Below the pieces are notes generated by a model. That model saw nothing but the letters and a program-made list of their open reading frames with translations. It was not told the DNA's origin and did no database searches. Below, piece after piece: positions 8,838 through 18,554 of a DNA stretch of 64,000 bases (its first letter is position 1; each line of letters opens with the position of its first letter). Made by a program: the position numbers and the translations under genes. The stretch comes from a virus: IMG/VR virus record IMGVR_UViG_3300025322_000015, positions 1 to 64,000 of that record; one strand, 5' to 3'.

Positions 8838-10088
8838 CTAGTTGGCGTCGGACTCACGATACGCAGCGAACTCGTCCGGGTATTCCGTGCGCGCCTTGGT
8901 CATCGCAGCGGCGTGGCCGAGACTGTCACGCTTTTGGATTTCACGCACCTTGCCCATGAACGGATGCGAAGCACCCTTCCGCAGGCCCGACTGCCGGCCG
9001 ATGTCTTCGCCGCCACCATCACCGAGACGAGTGAACGCCGATTTGATGGCACCCTCGCCGGCCGCCAGCATCTTCACGATGGAAGCCTGAACATCTTCGG
9101 AAAGACTCTCGATCCCCTTCAGGACGTGGGCCTTCTCGATATCGGTGCCGGGCAGGTTCGTGTAAGCAGCCTTGGCCACCTTCTCGTATTCGCCCATCTG
9201 GCGAGCAGCCTTCTCGGTAGCGGCCGACTTCACCGCCGACTCGATTTCCTCGGACTGCGCCTTCAGGATAGCGAACATCTCGTCGCCGACCGAAGACTTC
9301 CGAATCGTCTGGCCCTTGACCGTCAGGGTCTCGTCGTCGGCAGCCTTGCCCATCTTCTTCTTGCGATCGCCGGCCGACAAACCGCGGAAAGCCTTCTGCT
9401 CCTCGCGGCCCAGGCTGGACATGTAAGCCTTTTCCTGGTCGTTCATCGAGGCCTTAGCGGTCTCCACCTCGAGCGAAGTGGTGAGCTCCTCGACCTTAGC
9501 AGTCAGGGATTCGACCTGAGTCGTCAGTTCAGCAGCCACACCAGCATCCGTAGAAGCCTTCGTGAGATCCTCGAGCTTCTTCTCCAGATCAGAAATCTGA
9601 ACCTTCATCTGCTCGGTGGTCAACACCTTCGCCATATCCTCAATCTCCTCAGTTGATTTACCCAAAGCTGACATCATTACCATGTCGGCTTCGCTCCACA
9701 TCCGTCTGATAACGGACATGAAATCTTCTACCGTGTTCCTAGCCATGGTAAGTTTAGTTTCCGGAGGAGTAACAGGATCTCCGGCAATCGATCTGAGCGA
9801 CGTTTCCATTGCATTGATAATGGGCCCAACGTGCTCAAGCGCTTCGTAATACTGCTCGCATCGCATCGTCTCGGAAAGAACAGTCGAGAACGGAACGGCG
9901 CCATCCATCGGATCAATATATCGTTTTGTAAGGGCTCCAATATCGAGTTTCGTCATATCAACATCTCCATCCGCACTTTTGGCAATGCGCATGAGTGCGC
10001 CCTGTTGGGCCGGAGTATCAACAGCACTGATTTCGCCGATCTCAAAAGCGCGCATAATCTTCTGTTCTTTGTTCTTACCCTTACTCAT
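8838..10088 (-). CDS. Prohead protease-associated scaffolding protein
   Basis: N-terminal IGEISAVDTPAQQGA (protease-like segment) followed by long coiled coil; C-terminal AAAMTKARTEYPDEFAAY. Confidence 0.75.
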   Translation of the reverse strand: MSKGKNKEQKIMRAFEIGEISAVDTPAQQGALMRIAKSADGDVDMTKLDIGALTKRYIDPMDGAVPFSTVLSETMRCEQYYEALEHVGPIINAMETSLRSIAGDPVTPPETKLTMARNTVEDFMSVIRRMWSEADMVMMSALGKSTEEIEDMAKVLTTEQMKVQISDLEKKLEDLTKASTDAGVAAELTTQVESLTAKVEELTTSLEVETAKASMNDQEKAYMSSLGREEQKAFRGLSAGDRKKKMGKAADDETLTVKGQTIRKSSVGDEMFAILKAQSEEIESAVKSAATEKAARQMGEYEKVAKAAYTNLPGTDIEKAHVLKGIESLSEDVQASIVKMLAAGEGAIKSAFTRLGDGGGEDIGRQSGLRKGASHPFMGKVREIQKRDSLGHAAAMTKARTEYPDEFAAYRESDAN

Positions 10089-11257
10089 GCGCCTACCTCT
10101 TCATCAAGTAACCGGCGACCGCCAATACTAAACCCGGTGTACGTCCCGTTCTTAAACTTCTCGAGGATGTCAGGCCGGTCTACTTTCATGCCGATCATCA
10201 ATCCTGTAGTTGGGGAAGCAATACCCATCGCCTTCGCAATATCTGTTGTCAAGGGAAATGCGAAGATTACTTCTCCGGCACGTTCTACTGACTCCGCATC
10301 ATTTCCCCGATAGCGATGCATGTGTCCACCGATGCGGGATTTCTGCATGTAGTTGGCCGAAGCGACGAGCATCGAATCCTCAGGAATGTGATCGCCCTGG
10401 ACGTCAAAATACTCCTTGCCGCGAATCTTCGAGATGATTGCCCAACCGAAGACGATACCGAGTTCTTCGTTGACTTCCTCGACCTTGGCAACGTGGAACA
10501 CCTTCTCGGTGATCGAATCGTGCCAATCATCTTTTACAACGTTGAAGCGCTCAGGACCGAAGAGCAGCACACCTGTAAAGGGATGCACCTTGGTAAGATC
10601 AACGTCACCGGCATCCCAGGATATCGTCACGTGCGGGGTGTATTGGAAGTGATCCCAGGTCGCACCAACGGAGCGCAGATAATCCCAGCGCTCGTTCAAC
10701 TCATTAGATTTGAATTGCAGAACGACAGCACCACCATCACCCAACGCGACAACTTCCCGCCCAGCTGTATCCTCAGCAGCAAGAGTAGAAGTCACGGAAG
10801 CGGGCCACTCAAGCGGAGCGTGCGAGTACGCGATGGTTACGTGAAGGTCTCCAGGCTGTAGCACTGTCTTGAATCCCTGTGCCTTCGCCCACTTAATAAA
10901 CTCATCGGAATTGATTAAACGACGACTGACATACATCGAACGTTCAGCTGAACGTTTCTCAATCCCAGGACCATGAGCTTCGCATACAGCACCAAGCCGT
11001 ACAGCAGCATTATGTATTGATTGGATGTCTGTAAGATCGTTACGGGAATTCCGCGCACCAATCTTGGCAATCCACCGGTCATCGTCACCCCTCTCCCAGT
11101 TTTCCTTGACCGCCGCCCATGCCGATTGCTTGGCAACGGGTTCGGATGCTCCGGATTCTATTTGAGAGTTTGCGACTTCTCTGAATACAGTCTGTGCTGC
11201 CTCGGGGAGAGCTGATCTCACCGACTCAGGAAGGTCAGCGTTCGATTGCCATGGCAT
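10085..11257 (-). CDS. ChaB - Acb1-like 2H phosphodiesterase - XkdF-like prohead protease fusion; start trimmed to MPWQSNADLP at 11257
   Basis: ChaB: LPESVRSALPEAAQTVFREVAN..AWAAVKENW. 2H: LHVTIAYS and YTPHVTISW. XkdF-like: IVFGWA..DVQGDHI..GGHMH..VIFAFP..KNGTYTGFSIGG. Confidence 0.8.
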   Translation of the reverse strand: MPWQSNADLPESVRSALPEAAQTVFREVANSQIESGASEPVAKQSAWAAVKENWERGDDDRWIAKIGARNSRNDLTDIQSIHNAAVRLGAVCEAHGPGIEKRSAERSMYVSRRLINSDEFIKWAKAQGFKTVLQPGDLHVTIAYSHAPLEWPASVTSTLAAEDTAGREVVALGDGGAVVLQFKSNELNERWDYLRSVGATWDHFQYTPHVTISWDAGDVDLTKVHPFTGVLLFGPERFNVVKDDWHDSITEKVFHVAKVEEVNEELGIVFGWAIISKIRGKEYFDVQGDHIPEDSMLVASANYMQKSRIGGHMHRYRGNDAESVERAGEVIFAFPLTTDIAKAMGIASPTTGLMIGMKVDRPDILEKFKNGTYTGFSIGGRRLLDEEVGA

Positions 11258-11427
11258 ATGTGCTGGGGAGCTACGGAGAGCGCTGGCAGCCACCGTAGTG
11301 CGGTAGGGGCCGGTCCTCGTAGGACGACAAAAGTAGCATACCCCTTTACGTGACGCAATATAGGAAAATTCGACGAAACATGCGAATGGCTCCGAAATCC
11401 ATGGAGCCATTCATTCTCGATAGATTG

Positions 11428-11589
11428 TTATGAAGTCTTTAGCATTGCACGGCTCTCGGCGAGCAGCGCCTCTATAGTTTTCCTCCGAGCTTCGTCGTCG
11501 TAACGAATGATATCAAACTCCCGTTCGCTGTCATCCCAGACGAATCTACTCACTACTTTCTTCTGTGCAACCTTCTTTGTTCTTGCCAT
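11428..11589 (-). CDS. Small ORF (53 aa) directly downstream of MuF-ART; candidate immunity protein (not in ORF track)
   Basis: AGGTGG Shine-Dalgarno-like site; MARTKKVAQKKVVSRFVWDDSEREFDIIRYDDEARRKTIEALLAESRAMLKTS*. Confidence 0.5.
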   Translation of the reverse strand: MARTKKVAQKKVVSRFVWDDSEREFDIIRYDDEARRKTIEALLAESRAMLKTS

Positions 11590-11598
11590 CATCTCCAC

Positions 11599-13662
11599 CT
11601 ATGGTAGTAGTTCGAGAACTACTGCATTCGCTTTAATTTCTCGAACGATAAACTTGGAACCTCTATCAAGAAGTATTTCGAATTCGGTTTTGTTGGATGT
11701 CAACTTTTCCATGGAGATCGCTCTAGAGCCCTTAGGAAGAAGAATCTCGACAACAAAACCGCTGCCGTGTATCCAATTCGCCGCAAAGCTCCTGCTCATG
11801 CTAGTGCTTAACACAGCTTGATCTATAAGCACTGTTTGCCCAATTTGCAAGCTCGCAAAGGTGCGTTTCCACCTACTGCCCTTCATGCCGCGGTAGACGA
11901 TGACGTCCTCAGCGAGAACGGCTTTTGCAAAAGCACTGTCAAGCTCAGCTATCATCCTGTCGGCACTACGCATCGTATCAGCATAACCAAGGAATGGAGC
12001 GTCACCGTACCGCAACCGCTTCACTACCTGTTTATTGATTATTTCATAACCGTAACCAGAAGTGTAGTGCTTTAGCGTATCCATTTCGGCTAGTGTTAAT
12101 TTTGCCGTGAAACCTTCTTTATACAAATCGTCTAAAAGTTCACGCATCTCCATTGTTTTCAAATTACTGATAAAATCTTCTGGATTTTTCCCAGTACCTT
12201 TCGGAGGTTTCGTAACTGTTGTAGGCACACCATATTCATACTTAGCAGCCTGTACAACATCTTCACCGGCGATAGTCTTAGTTGATGTCGACGTGATGCC
12301 ACGGTTCTTTGCAGCTTGTCGAACAACCTCAGTATACTTCTTTGCCGCTTTCAATTCAGCAAGTTCTAAAGCCTCCGCCGTCTTCAAGGCCGCGCTGAGT
12401 ATCTTGTCTGCTTCAGCAATTTGAGCAGCTTCTACATTCTTTAGAACATCAGCCACCTGCGAGTTCAGCTGATTGAATGCTCCTCGTGCTGCATCATTAT
12501 CAGCAAAGGTGACAAAGCCATCAGCGTAGTCAGTATCGTACGAGGTTTTAAGACTCGTGTATATTGGCGGAGGGGCAGGTTTTGGCGTAACAACAATCGG
12601 GCGTTGTAACGCTGTACTCTGACCCGGTGGAAGTATTTTCGTGAGCGTAGTACAGCGGCATTGAATAGTCTCCGCCGCTGGTGCTGATCTATCTCCAGGA
12701 TACATCAATTTCGCACCAGATACGCTAACGAAATGTTCTTCAGCACCGCGCTCTTGTTTGTTTAGAAAGAAGTGTGTCTGACGCTCACGACCATCTACAT
12801 TCGTACGCCAGGTGCGGCGGATGCGGCCCATCTCCAAATCAACTTTAGTAGCCGTCTGCATCATCGCTTGATGTCGTGCCACATTGGTCGTACTCAGCAT
12901 CTCCGTACGCGCGATAGTTTCCGCGCGCATAGACAACATCCGTTCCTGGTAGCGACCCACCATCCTATCGATTTGAGAAGTAGATAATTGAACACCTCGA
13001 TCGATTGCACGAGATACAGAGGAATCAAATCGACGATCCCGAAGAGTACGATCCAGCGCTTCCGAACTTCCACTCTGTAGAAGGCTACGATAGTTGGAGA
13101 CTGCTCCCATCTGGCGTTGTGTCAAGCCAATCTGATCACGAAACAACCTTGAGGCCTCGATGGGACTCATACCTTCTTTCAACGCACGTGCGAGGACAGT
13201 ACGAATTGCTTTCCTTTGCGCATCTACTATCTCACGAATGAATTCAAGAAGTGATTGACGCATCAAGCGTGCAGCATCAGCACTACCAGGATCGAACGAT
13301 AGATTGACTGTCGGGCTAACTTCTATCTTCTTGACTTGCGTGATATCCAATTCTTTAATCAGCCAGCGCGTCTCGAAGTTTCCTGCGTTCTCGAAGACGG
13401 TAGGAAGAACCTCTGAAAAGTCTTCTACAAGATCGTCGGTGACGGATAAGCACTGCACAAGCCTGTTGGCGGCGTACATGTCACGGAACTTGCCGACCAC
13501 ATCATCTGACTTACAGCCCTCCAGAAATGTATTGAAGGCTGCGCGAATCAGAGTCTCTTGACCGGTCTCGAATGTAACGATACGTCGCACATCGGGAGGT
13601 AAGGCCTTACCTAGAACGGCGTGCTTGCACTGCACGATTCGAGACTGCGGAATAAACTGCAT
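11599..13662 (-). CDS. Head morphogenesis protein (MuF / SPP1 gp7-like) with C-terminal VIP2-like ADP-ribosyltransferase
   Basis: MuF: RAETIARTEML, RRTW..DGRERQTH, YPGD..ETIQCRCT. ART R-S-E motifs: IVYRG, LSTS, TEFEILLDRGSKF. Confidence 0.9.
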   Translation of the reverse strand: MQFIPQSRIVQCKHAVLGKALPPDVRRIVTFETGQETLIRAAFNTFLEGCKSDDVVGKFRDMYAANRLVQCLSVTDDLVEDFSEVLPTVFENAGNFETRWLIKELDITQVKKIEVSPTVNLSFDPGSADAARLMRQSLLEFIREIVDAQRKAIRTVLARALKEGMSPIEASRLFRDQIGLTQRQMGAVSNYRSLLQSGSSEALDRTLRDRRFDSSVSRAIDRGVQLSTSQIDRMVGRYQERMLSMRAETIARTEMLSTTNVARHQAMMQTATKVDLEMGRIRRTWRTNVDGRERQTHFFLNKQERGAEEHFVSVSGAKLMYPGDRSAPAAETIQCRCTTLTKILPPGQSTALQRPIVVTPKPAPPPIYTSLKTSYDTDYADGFVTFADNDAARGAFNQLNSQVADVLKNVEAAQIAEADKILSAALKTAEALELAELKAAKKYTEVVRQAAKNRGITSTSTKTIAGEDVVQAAKYEYGVPTTVTKPPKGTGKNPEDFISNLKTMEMRELLDDLYKEGFTAKLTLAEMDTLKHYTSGYGYEIINKQVVKRLRYGDAPFLGYADTMRSADRMIAELDSAFAKAVLAEDVIVYRGMKGSRWKRTFASLQIGQTVLIDQAVLSTSMSRSFAANWIHGSGFVVEILLPKGSRAISMEKLTSNKTEFEILLDRGSKFIVREIKANAVVLELLP

Positions 13663-14217
13663 CTAACCCTCCAACCACTCAACAGTAGGGGAACCTAAAA
13701 GAGTGGCTGTCCAACCACTCATGCTCCGTACTCGATCCCTGAACTCTGATTCTTTAGCTGCGATCCAATGCTTCTGATATTTGGAAGCCTCTGTCCACGG
13801 CAGACCCCGCTTGTGAGCGTGGTAATGGGGCATCGCCGGGTCGATAGGCACGCCGCACAAAACGACCGCTGTCGCGCCAGCTCGCAAGGCTGCGAACGCT
13901 GCCAGCATGCCGGACGATCCCCCAACCGCGTTCACGGTCCGCGTTCCCTTTGGAGCCGCCCGCGTTGGGCCGCCCTTCCCTGCCCAATATGTGCCTGCTG
14001 GATCTAATCCACGCGCCGCTCGCTCCCTAGACCACTTGCCCAACTGATCCGAATGATATGAAACCCAGTGATCTATTTTTCCTGGGTAGTCGATACCGAT
14101 GTCGTTGACGACAACCACCATGTCAGGCATACACAGATCCTGGGCTGACGCAAGGTCAGCCCAGACGCACTTAGCACCTCCGAGAACGAAGGCTATAACC
14201 CTAGCTGAGGGAGCCAC
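13663..14217 (-). CDS. Putative Maf/MptE/CstII-fold (sialyltransferase-like) transferase
   Basis: VLGGAKCV, VVVVND, DHWVSYH, GGSSGMLAAFAAL..AVVLCGVPID pattern; similarity judged by eye. Confidence 0.5.
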   Translation of the reverse strand: MAPSARVIAFVLGGAKCVWADLASAQDLCMPDMVVVVNDIGIDYPGKIDHWVSYHSDQLGKWSRERAARGLDPAGTYWAGKGGPTRAAPKGTRTVNAVGGSSGMLAAFAALRAGATAVVLCGVPIDPAMPHYHAHKRGLPWTEASKYQKHWIAAKESEFRDRVRSMSGWTATLLGSPTVEWLEG

Positions 14218-14983
14218 CGCGATTCGCCCACGAGTTTAGTACACGATGGTAGTCATCGTAGAATTCAGTATTCTCACGGGCGAGGATATCAGGACTGCCG
14301 AGCGTCCAGTGAATCAAGTTCAATGGCTCAGAGCCGATTGCAAGCTCGCTCACGGTAACAAGGTGGTTCCACGTCGGCGGCAGCTCGCCGATCTCGTCAT
14401 CCTGTAGCCAGCAGAAGCGATGTAAGTCCCGGCCAGGAAGAGTGTTGACCATTTCAACGGTCAGCTTCTCGTTCGCCGGATGCTCGCAGTTGAACAGCAT
14501 CACCGAAGACCAGTTCTTCCTTGGGTAGACCGTCTGCACCTCACCGCTCTTCTTCTTGGTCTCCACAGGAACGTGATTATGCTTTACGCACATCACAGCT
14601 TTGGAGGAATCGGCGAGTGCGAAGACGTCGGCCGGATCGGCCAGGAACATCGTATCGCAGTCAGCAAACAATGCCCAACCTTCCTTTTGGATGACCGGAA
14701 CAAGGAAGCGGGAGTTGGCGAACTCCGAAGACATTGGAGCCTCGCTGATGCAGTCCCACAACTTGCCCTCGCTGCTCACAGACGTCTTGCGTGTATACAA
14801 CCCCTGCCGGCGAAGCGTGTCGAGAACCAGGCCTCGGATCTCGATACTCTCACGCATGTGGCCGACCGCCGACTTCACGCACACGACGAAGTTATTAGTC
14901 TCACGAGAGTCGAACCCAATAAAAATGCTACGCGTAGGTGACAACGTAATCTCCTGACTTTTCCCAAACAAGTTTATAACCAA
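14201..14983 (-). CDS. GT-A glycosyltransferase (GT8-like)
   Basis: IFIGFDSRE, FANSRFLVP, ALFADCD (DxD), RKNWSSVMLFN, WNHLV, IHWTLGSP. Confidence 0.85.
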   Translation of the reverse strand: MVINLFGKSQEITLSPTRSIFIGFDSRETNNFVVCVKSAVGHMRESIEIRGLVLDTLRRQGLYTRKTSVSSEGKLWDCISEAPMSSEFANSRFLVPVIQKEGWALFADCDTMFLADPADVFALADSSKAVMCVKHNHVPVETKKKSGEVQTVYPRKNWSSVMLFNCEHPANEKLTVEMVNTLPGRDLHRFCWLQDDEIGELPPTWNHLVTVSELAIGSEPLNLIHWTLGSPDILARENTEFYDDYHRVLNSWANRGGSLS

Positions 14984-15599
14984 GTGCGATCAGATACTCC
15001 AGGGCTGCCAAACGTCTGATGTTGAATCGTTCGGCATTCCCAGGTTTCTGCTCGAGTATAATGACAGGCTTGTCTTCTTGTATTGTTCTTTTTGCTCCTT
15101 GTACTACAAATAATTCCCAGCCCTCTACATCGATCTTGAGGAGATCGATCTTGCGACCTAGAGGGAAGTTGTCCAACGCGTACGTGCGCGTAAAACTAGC
15201 GCCTTGCGCAGGCTTATCGACAACATGGGCGTTGCCGCTGTTGCCTTGAACATACGCGATACTGATATCGTCGTTCGTATGCGACAGTGCCATATGGTAG
15301 CATATCGCATTATCGATATCATTGCAGTTGCGATTCCAACACTCGTAAAGCGCGAGGTGAGGCTCGAATGCTACGACTTCCTCGAACATCGTAGAGAGCA
15401 CATGCGACCACAGTCCAACATGGGCCCCGACGTCGACCGCGAGGCCGCGTGCAGACTCGGGAACGAACCCCACAGCAGCCTGAAGCTTCTTCAGCTGATA
15501 CGTCCCTCTCTCATTGAGCATCGGGCTGCTCTCGAGGTGATGCTGGAAGTGCGTATCGTCGTCGGGGAACCACATCCCCTTAATTTCTTTCATCTCCAA
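14928..15599 (-). CDS. FkbM-family methyltransferase
   Basis: AVDVGAHVGLWS, VVAFEP, IDLLKIDVEGWE, KPVIILEQK. Confidence 0.9.
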   Translation of the reverse strand: MEMKEIKGMWFPDDDTHFQHHLESSPMLNERGTYQLKKLQAAVGFVPESARGLAVDVGAHVGLWSHVLSTMFEEVVAFEPHLALYECWNRNCNDIDNAICYHMALSHTNDDISIAYVQGNSGNAHVVDKPAQGASFTRTYALDNFPLGRKIDLLKIDVEGWELFVVQGAKRTIQEDKPVIILEQKPGNAERFNIRRLAALEYLIALGYKLVWEKSGDYVVTYA

Positions 15600-16441
15600 T
15601 AAGGCTCCCGTCTCTCATTCCTGACTTCTACTTTTGACGTCCTGCCGATCTTCTTCCGAGCGCCCTTCGCATGATCAAGCCGAGCGGCAAGCTCACACCG
15701 AACGAATGGATGATGGTAGCGACTGGCATCACCCGATAGGCTGTGGGGATCAGTCATCCAACCCTCAGCGATTCCCCTACGAACGATCTGCTGAAAGATG
15801 TAAGAATCGTGAGTCTCATCCTCCTCAAAAATCTTTCCAGATTCATATATCGTCCGCAACTCCGACATGAATCGCACATGCTCAGGGCGCCAACACTTGA
15901 ACATCATAAAGCCGCATTCAGGATAACCACGATTCCTATGCAACCATGCGAGATAGGTGTCAGATCGAAATAGATTGTAGAGCCATTCACAATCGACGTT
16001 GTCATGCGCCAAGGTATCGGCATCGATCATGATCAGCAGATCTTCTCCTACGTTTGAAGCTACGTCTGTCAAGGCTGCGACCTTGTGTCCGAACTTCAAA
16101 CAATCTCGGCGGAAGTCGTACTCTCGCTTTTCTCTATTCCTCCTTCTGTCACGACCAACAGCATCAGGGACAGCAGAATACTTCTCTTTGAACTTTGTAT
16201 ACCAGTCCGGAATCTGCCGATATACAACATTGTCGATGACGGGAAGCGTGTTCCGAGGTATGTCCTCGCTGTAGAAGTAGAGTTTAATCTCCTTCGCCCA
16301 ATAACGCTGGAAGGTCTTCAACATGCGATGGCCGTATTCGTCGTATCCTCTCTTACTCGTCGTCGTAACAAGTCGGATCATCGTTAACCTCGTAGTCCGC
16401 GCGGATGATAAAGTTCTTGCGATTGTACTTTTTAAGTACAT
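15590..16441 (-). CDS. GT-A nucleotide-diphospho-sugar transferase
   Basis: LVTTTS..GYDEYG, KFGHKV, MIDAD (DxD), YPECGF, HDSYIF, DHAKGARK. Confidence 0.75.
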   Translation of the reverse strand: MYLKSTIARTLSSARTTRLTMIRLVTTTSKRGYDEYGHRMLKTFQRYWAKEIKLYFYSEDIPRNTLPVIDNVVYRQIPDWYTKFKEKYSAVPDAVGRDRRRNREKREYDFRRDCLKFGHKVAALTDVASNVGEDLLIMIDADTLAHDNVDCEWLYNLFRSDTYLAWLHRNRGYPECGFMMFKCWRPEHVRFMSELRTIYESGKIFEEDETHDSYIFQQIVRRGIAEGWMTDPHSLSGDASRYHHPFVRCELAARLDHAKGARKKIGRTSKVEVRNERREPYWR

Positions 16442-16892
16442 CGTTCCACCACCGAGGTGTACGGACCGTCAGGTGTACGTTGACACCGTCATTGAACGAC
16501 TTCCTCGCCGGCCGGCAGCAGATCGCGAAATACGCAAACTTAGTCGCGTATTGGCAAACGTCTGCTAAAACTTCTTCGACGTTGTCGTGCGCAATGTGTT
16601 CCATCACATCTGTGCAGATAGCTCCGTCGAATCTACCTGTAGGTTTATTCTTGAGTTGTATGACACCGACGTCGTAGCATACAGGAAGGATACCGCCCCA
16701 GGCTTCATGTACACGAGTCGCAAGATACTGATAGCCTTTCCCGCTTCCGTAATCAAGAAGGGTCTTGGCTCCGGTATCGCGCACCAGGTCAGTAATATTC
16801 TGAACTGAGACTGGTTTTAGAGCACCACTGAACCACTTCGGATGCTCTTGGTGAAGTTCCCTATAACGCTTTTCGTATTTGAACGCACCCAT
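16353..16892 (-). CDS. Class I SAM-dependent methyltransferase (paralog of 34715-35245)
   Basis: LLDYGSGKG, YDVG, FDGAICTDVMEHI, VHLTVRTPRWW. Confidence 0.9.
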   Translation of the reverse strand: MGAFKYEKRYRELHQEHPKWFSGALKPVSVQNITDLVRDTGAKTLLDYGSGKGYQYLATRVHEAWGGILPVCYDVGVIQLKNKPTGRFDGAICTDVMEHIAHDNVEEVLADVCQYATKFAYFAICCRPARKSFNDGVNVHLTVRTPRWWNDVLKKYNRKNFIIRADYEVNDDPTCYDDE

Positions 16893-17757
16893 TCAACGTA
16901 CTCCAGAATTTCCCGTCGTTGATTTCGTCAGTACTCCATTGGCAATACGCCAAATCGTTCAGTATAGCGTTAACTTCTTCTGCACTTGCCTCCTTTGGTG
17001 AAATTACGTCTTCCAGTGTCCGCGATGATATTCCAGCAGTGACAGCATCGCCGAGACAGATTGCAGGAATGCCGGCAGTTATCGCCTCCATGACAGCATT
17101 GCTGCCATAGGTAACCATCGCATGCGCGCCACGAAGATCATCGAGAATATTGTATTCCGTCGAGAAATCACTGCCAGGAAGTTTCTCAGCGTGGTGCCAG
17201 GATTTCTTCGGACGGTACAAAACCTTACGGTCGGTAATCTTCGCAAGCCGATCAACAACATCTTGCCAATACGGCGTGGGATGTTCGAGGTGGTGAAACA
17301 TATGATACTTCAAGCTGGATCCCGCGATCAGCACGTGACCCTTCTTTGTCTTCGGACGCCAGCCTTTGAAGCACCAACCTTCCGCTTCCCTACGATCAGA
17401 AGGTGAGTTCAACTTGCCGAGGTACTTCGTGGGTTGGTGGCCTCCATAAGAAATCTTCCACCAATTCTTCTCACGGTTGTAGGGCTTGTCGAAGTAGATG
17501 TACGGAACGCCCGCCTTGTCGCAGTTGCCGGAAAGGAACACCTGCTTCACGCCGATGAACCCGACGACATCGAACTGCGTAACATCTTCGATATAGCCAA
17601 GACAATGCACCTCCCAGCCGTGCATCTCCGCGCCGCGTTTGAAAGCCTGGCCTAAGGCGTATTCTAATTCTTTCCAACCACCACGCTCGGGTCGCTTCTC
17701 GGGAACCTGGAAACCTATCTTCATATCGTCAATACCCCCTTGATGTAATCCCAACAC
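16861..17757 (-). CDS. GT-B-like glycosyltransferase (KpsS/KpsC-like); true start probably MKIGFQV
   Basis: YFDKPY, VLYRPKK, HAMVTYGSNAVMEAITAGIP, LNDLAYCQWSTDEINDG. Confidence 0.7.
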   Translation of the reverse strand: MLGLHQGGIDDMKIGFQVPEKRPERGGWKELEYALGQAFKRGAEMHGWEVHCLGYIEDVTQFDVVGFIGVKQVFLSGNCDKAGVPYIYFDKPYNREKNWWKISYGGHQPTKYLGKLNSPSDRREAEGWCFKGWRPKTKKGHVLIAGSSLKYHMFHHLEHPTPYWQDVVDRLAKITDRKVLYRPKKSWHHAEKLPGSDFSTEYNILDDLRGAHAMVTYGSNAVMEAITAGIPAICLGDAVTAGISSRTLEDVISPKEASAEEVNAILNDLAYCQWSTDEINDGKFWSTLNGCVQIRKAL

Positions 17758-18554
17758 TCACCGCTGCGCATCTCGTTAGGCGTCCATTGCGCGTAAGCCG
17801 TGTCATACAATAGTTGCATTTTATCTTCAGTAGTGGGATGTGTTGGGTTAAGTAAAGTATCCTCACTGAAATCAGGATTGGAGAGTAAGGAACCAACGCC
17901 CTTCTTCGCATAAAAAGGGATACCGGCGACAAGACAATCAACCGCTACATTGCTGTGATGACTGACAACGAAGTAGGCCTCGCGCAATGCAGCGTCAATA
18001 GTCCCAATCTTCGTTGTTCTGAGATTCTGCTTATTCGGTTTTTGTCTGACGTAGACTGATCCTTGCGGAAATATCTTCTCAACGGCGTCCTTCGTTTGTT
18101 GTTCCCATTGTCCATCTTTGTATCCATGGGTCCAAGCTGCTTTTCCCGACATCCCAACAATCATGATGACATTGCTGGTATGATCCCACTCGTCCCTGAC
18201 GTTCACCTTCAGGCGATTAAATCGATCAGGGGGACAATTCCTACGCATGCGTACAGCTGTATCCCAATCGTCGATGCCTAGCCGATAATGACCCTCTGTA
18301 CCTCGATCCCAGTAACCAAGGTCGAGAAAGACAAAATGCTTTCCCGCTGCCTTGTATTTGGAAAATAGGTGAGTGGTCAGCTCATTGATCCAACCATACG
18401 CGACAGCAACGTCGGCAATTACATTGCCATCAAACTTTTCTGGAGTAAGACAATTAATCCCGTGGCGACGAAAACCTGTGCGGAATGCATTGCCTAGAAG
18501 ATTTGGCTTGTCCCGGCCCCAGCCATTGTTTATACCGTATACAGCTACCTTCAC
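17721..18554 (-). CDS. GT-B-like glycosyltransferase (KpsS/KpsC-like)
   Basis: FLDLGYW, VYVRQKP, VVSHHSNVAVDCLVAGIP, LYDTAYAQWTPNEMRSG. Confidence 0.7.
   Translation of the reverse strand: MKVAVYGINNGWGRDKPNLLGNAFRTGFRRHGINCLTPEKFDGNVIADVAVAYGWINELTTHLFSKYKAAGKHFVFLDLGYWDRGTEGHYRLGIDDWDTAVRMRRNCPPDRFNRLKVNVRDEWDHTSNVIMIVGMSGKAAWTHGYKDGQWEQQTKDAVEKIFPQGSVYVRQKPNKQNLRTTKIGTIDAALREAYFVVSHHSNVAVDCLVAGIPFYAKKGVGSLLSNPDFSEDTLLNPTHPTTEDKMQLLYDTAYAQWTPNEMRSGECWDYIKGVLTI

Noticed and set aside
7430-10313. Long plus-strand ORFs (7973-8959, 8586-9656, 9831-10313)
   Set aside because: Antisense shadows of GC3-rich capsid and scaffold genes; no Shine-Dalgarno sites or recognisable motifs.
11258-11410. 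51-aa N-terminal extension of the ChaB-Acb1-protease ORF
   Set aside because: The ChaB domain starts at MPWQSNADLP. The extension has atypical composition and overlaps a hairpin (ctacgg/ccgtag) and a possible TTGCGT-N17-TACTTT promoter. It is a possible sixth palindrome copy, but too divergent to list.
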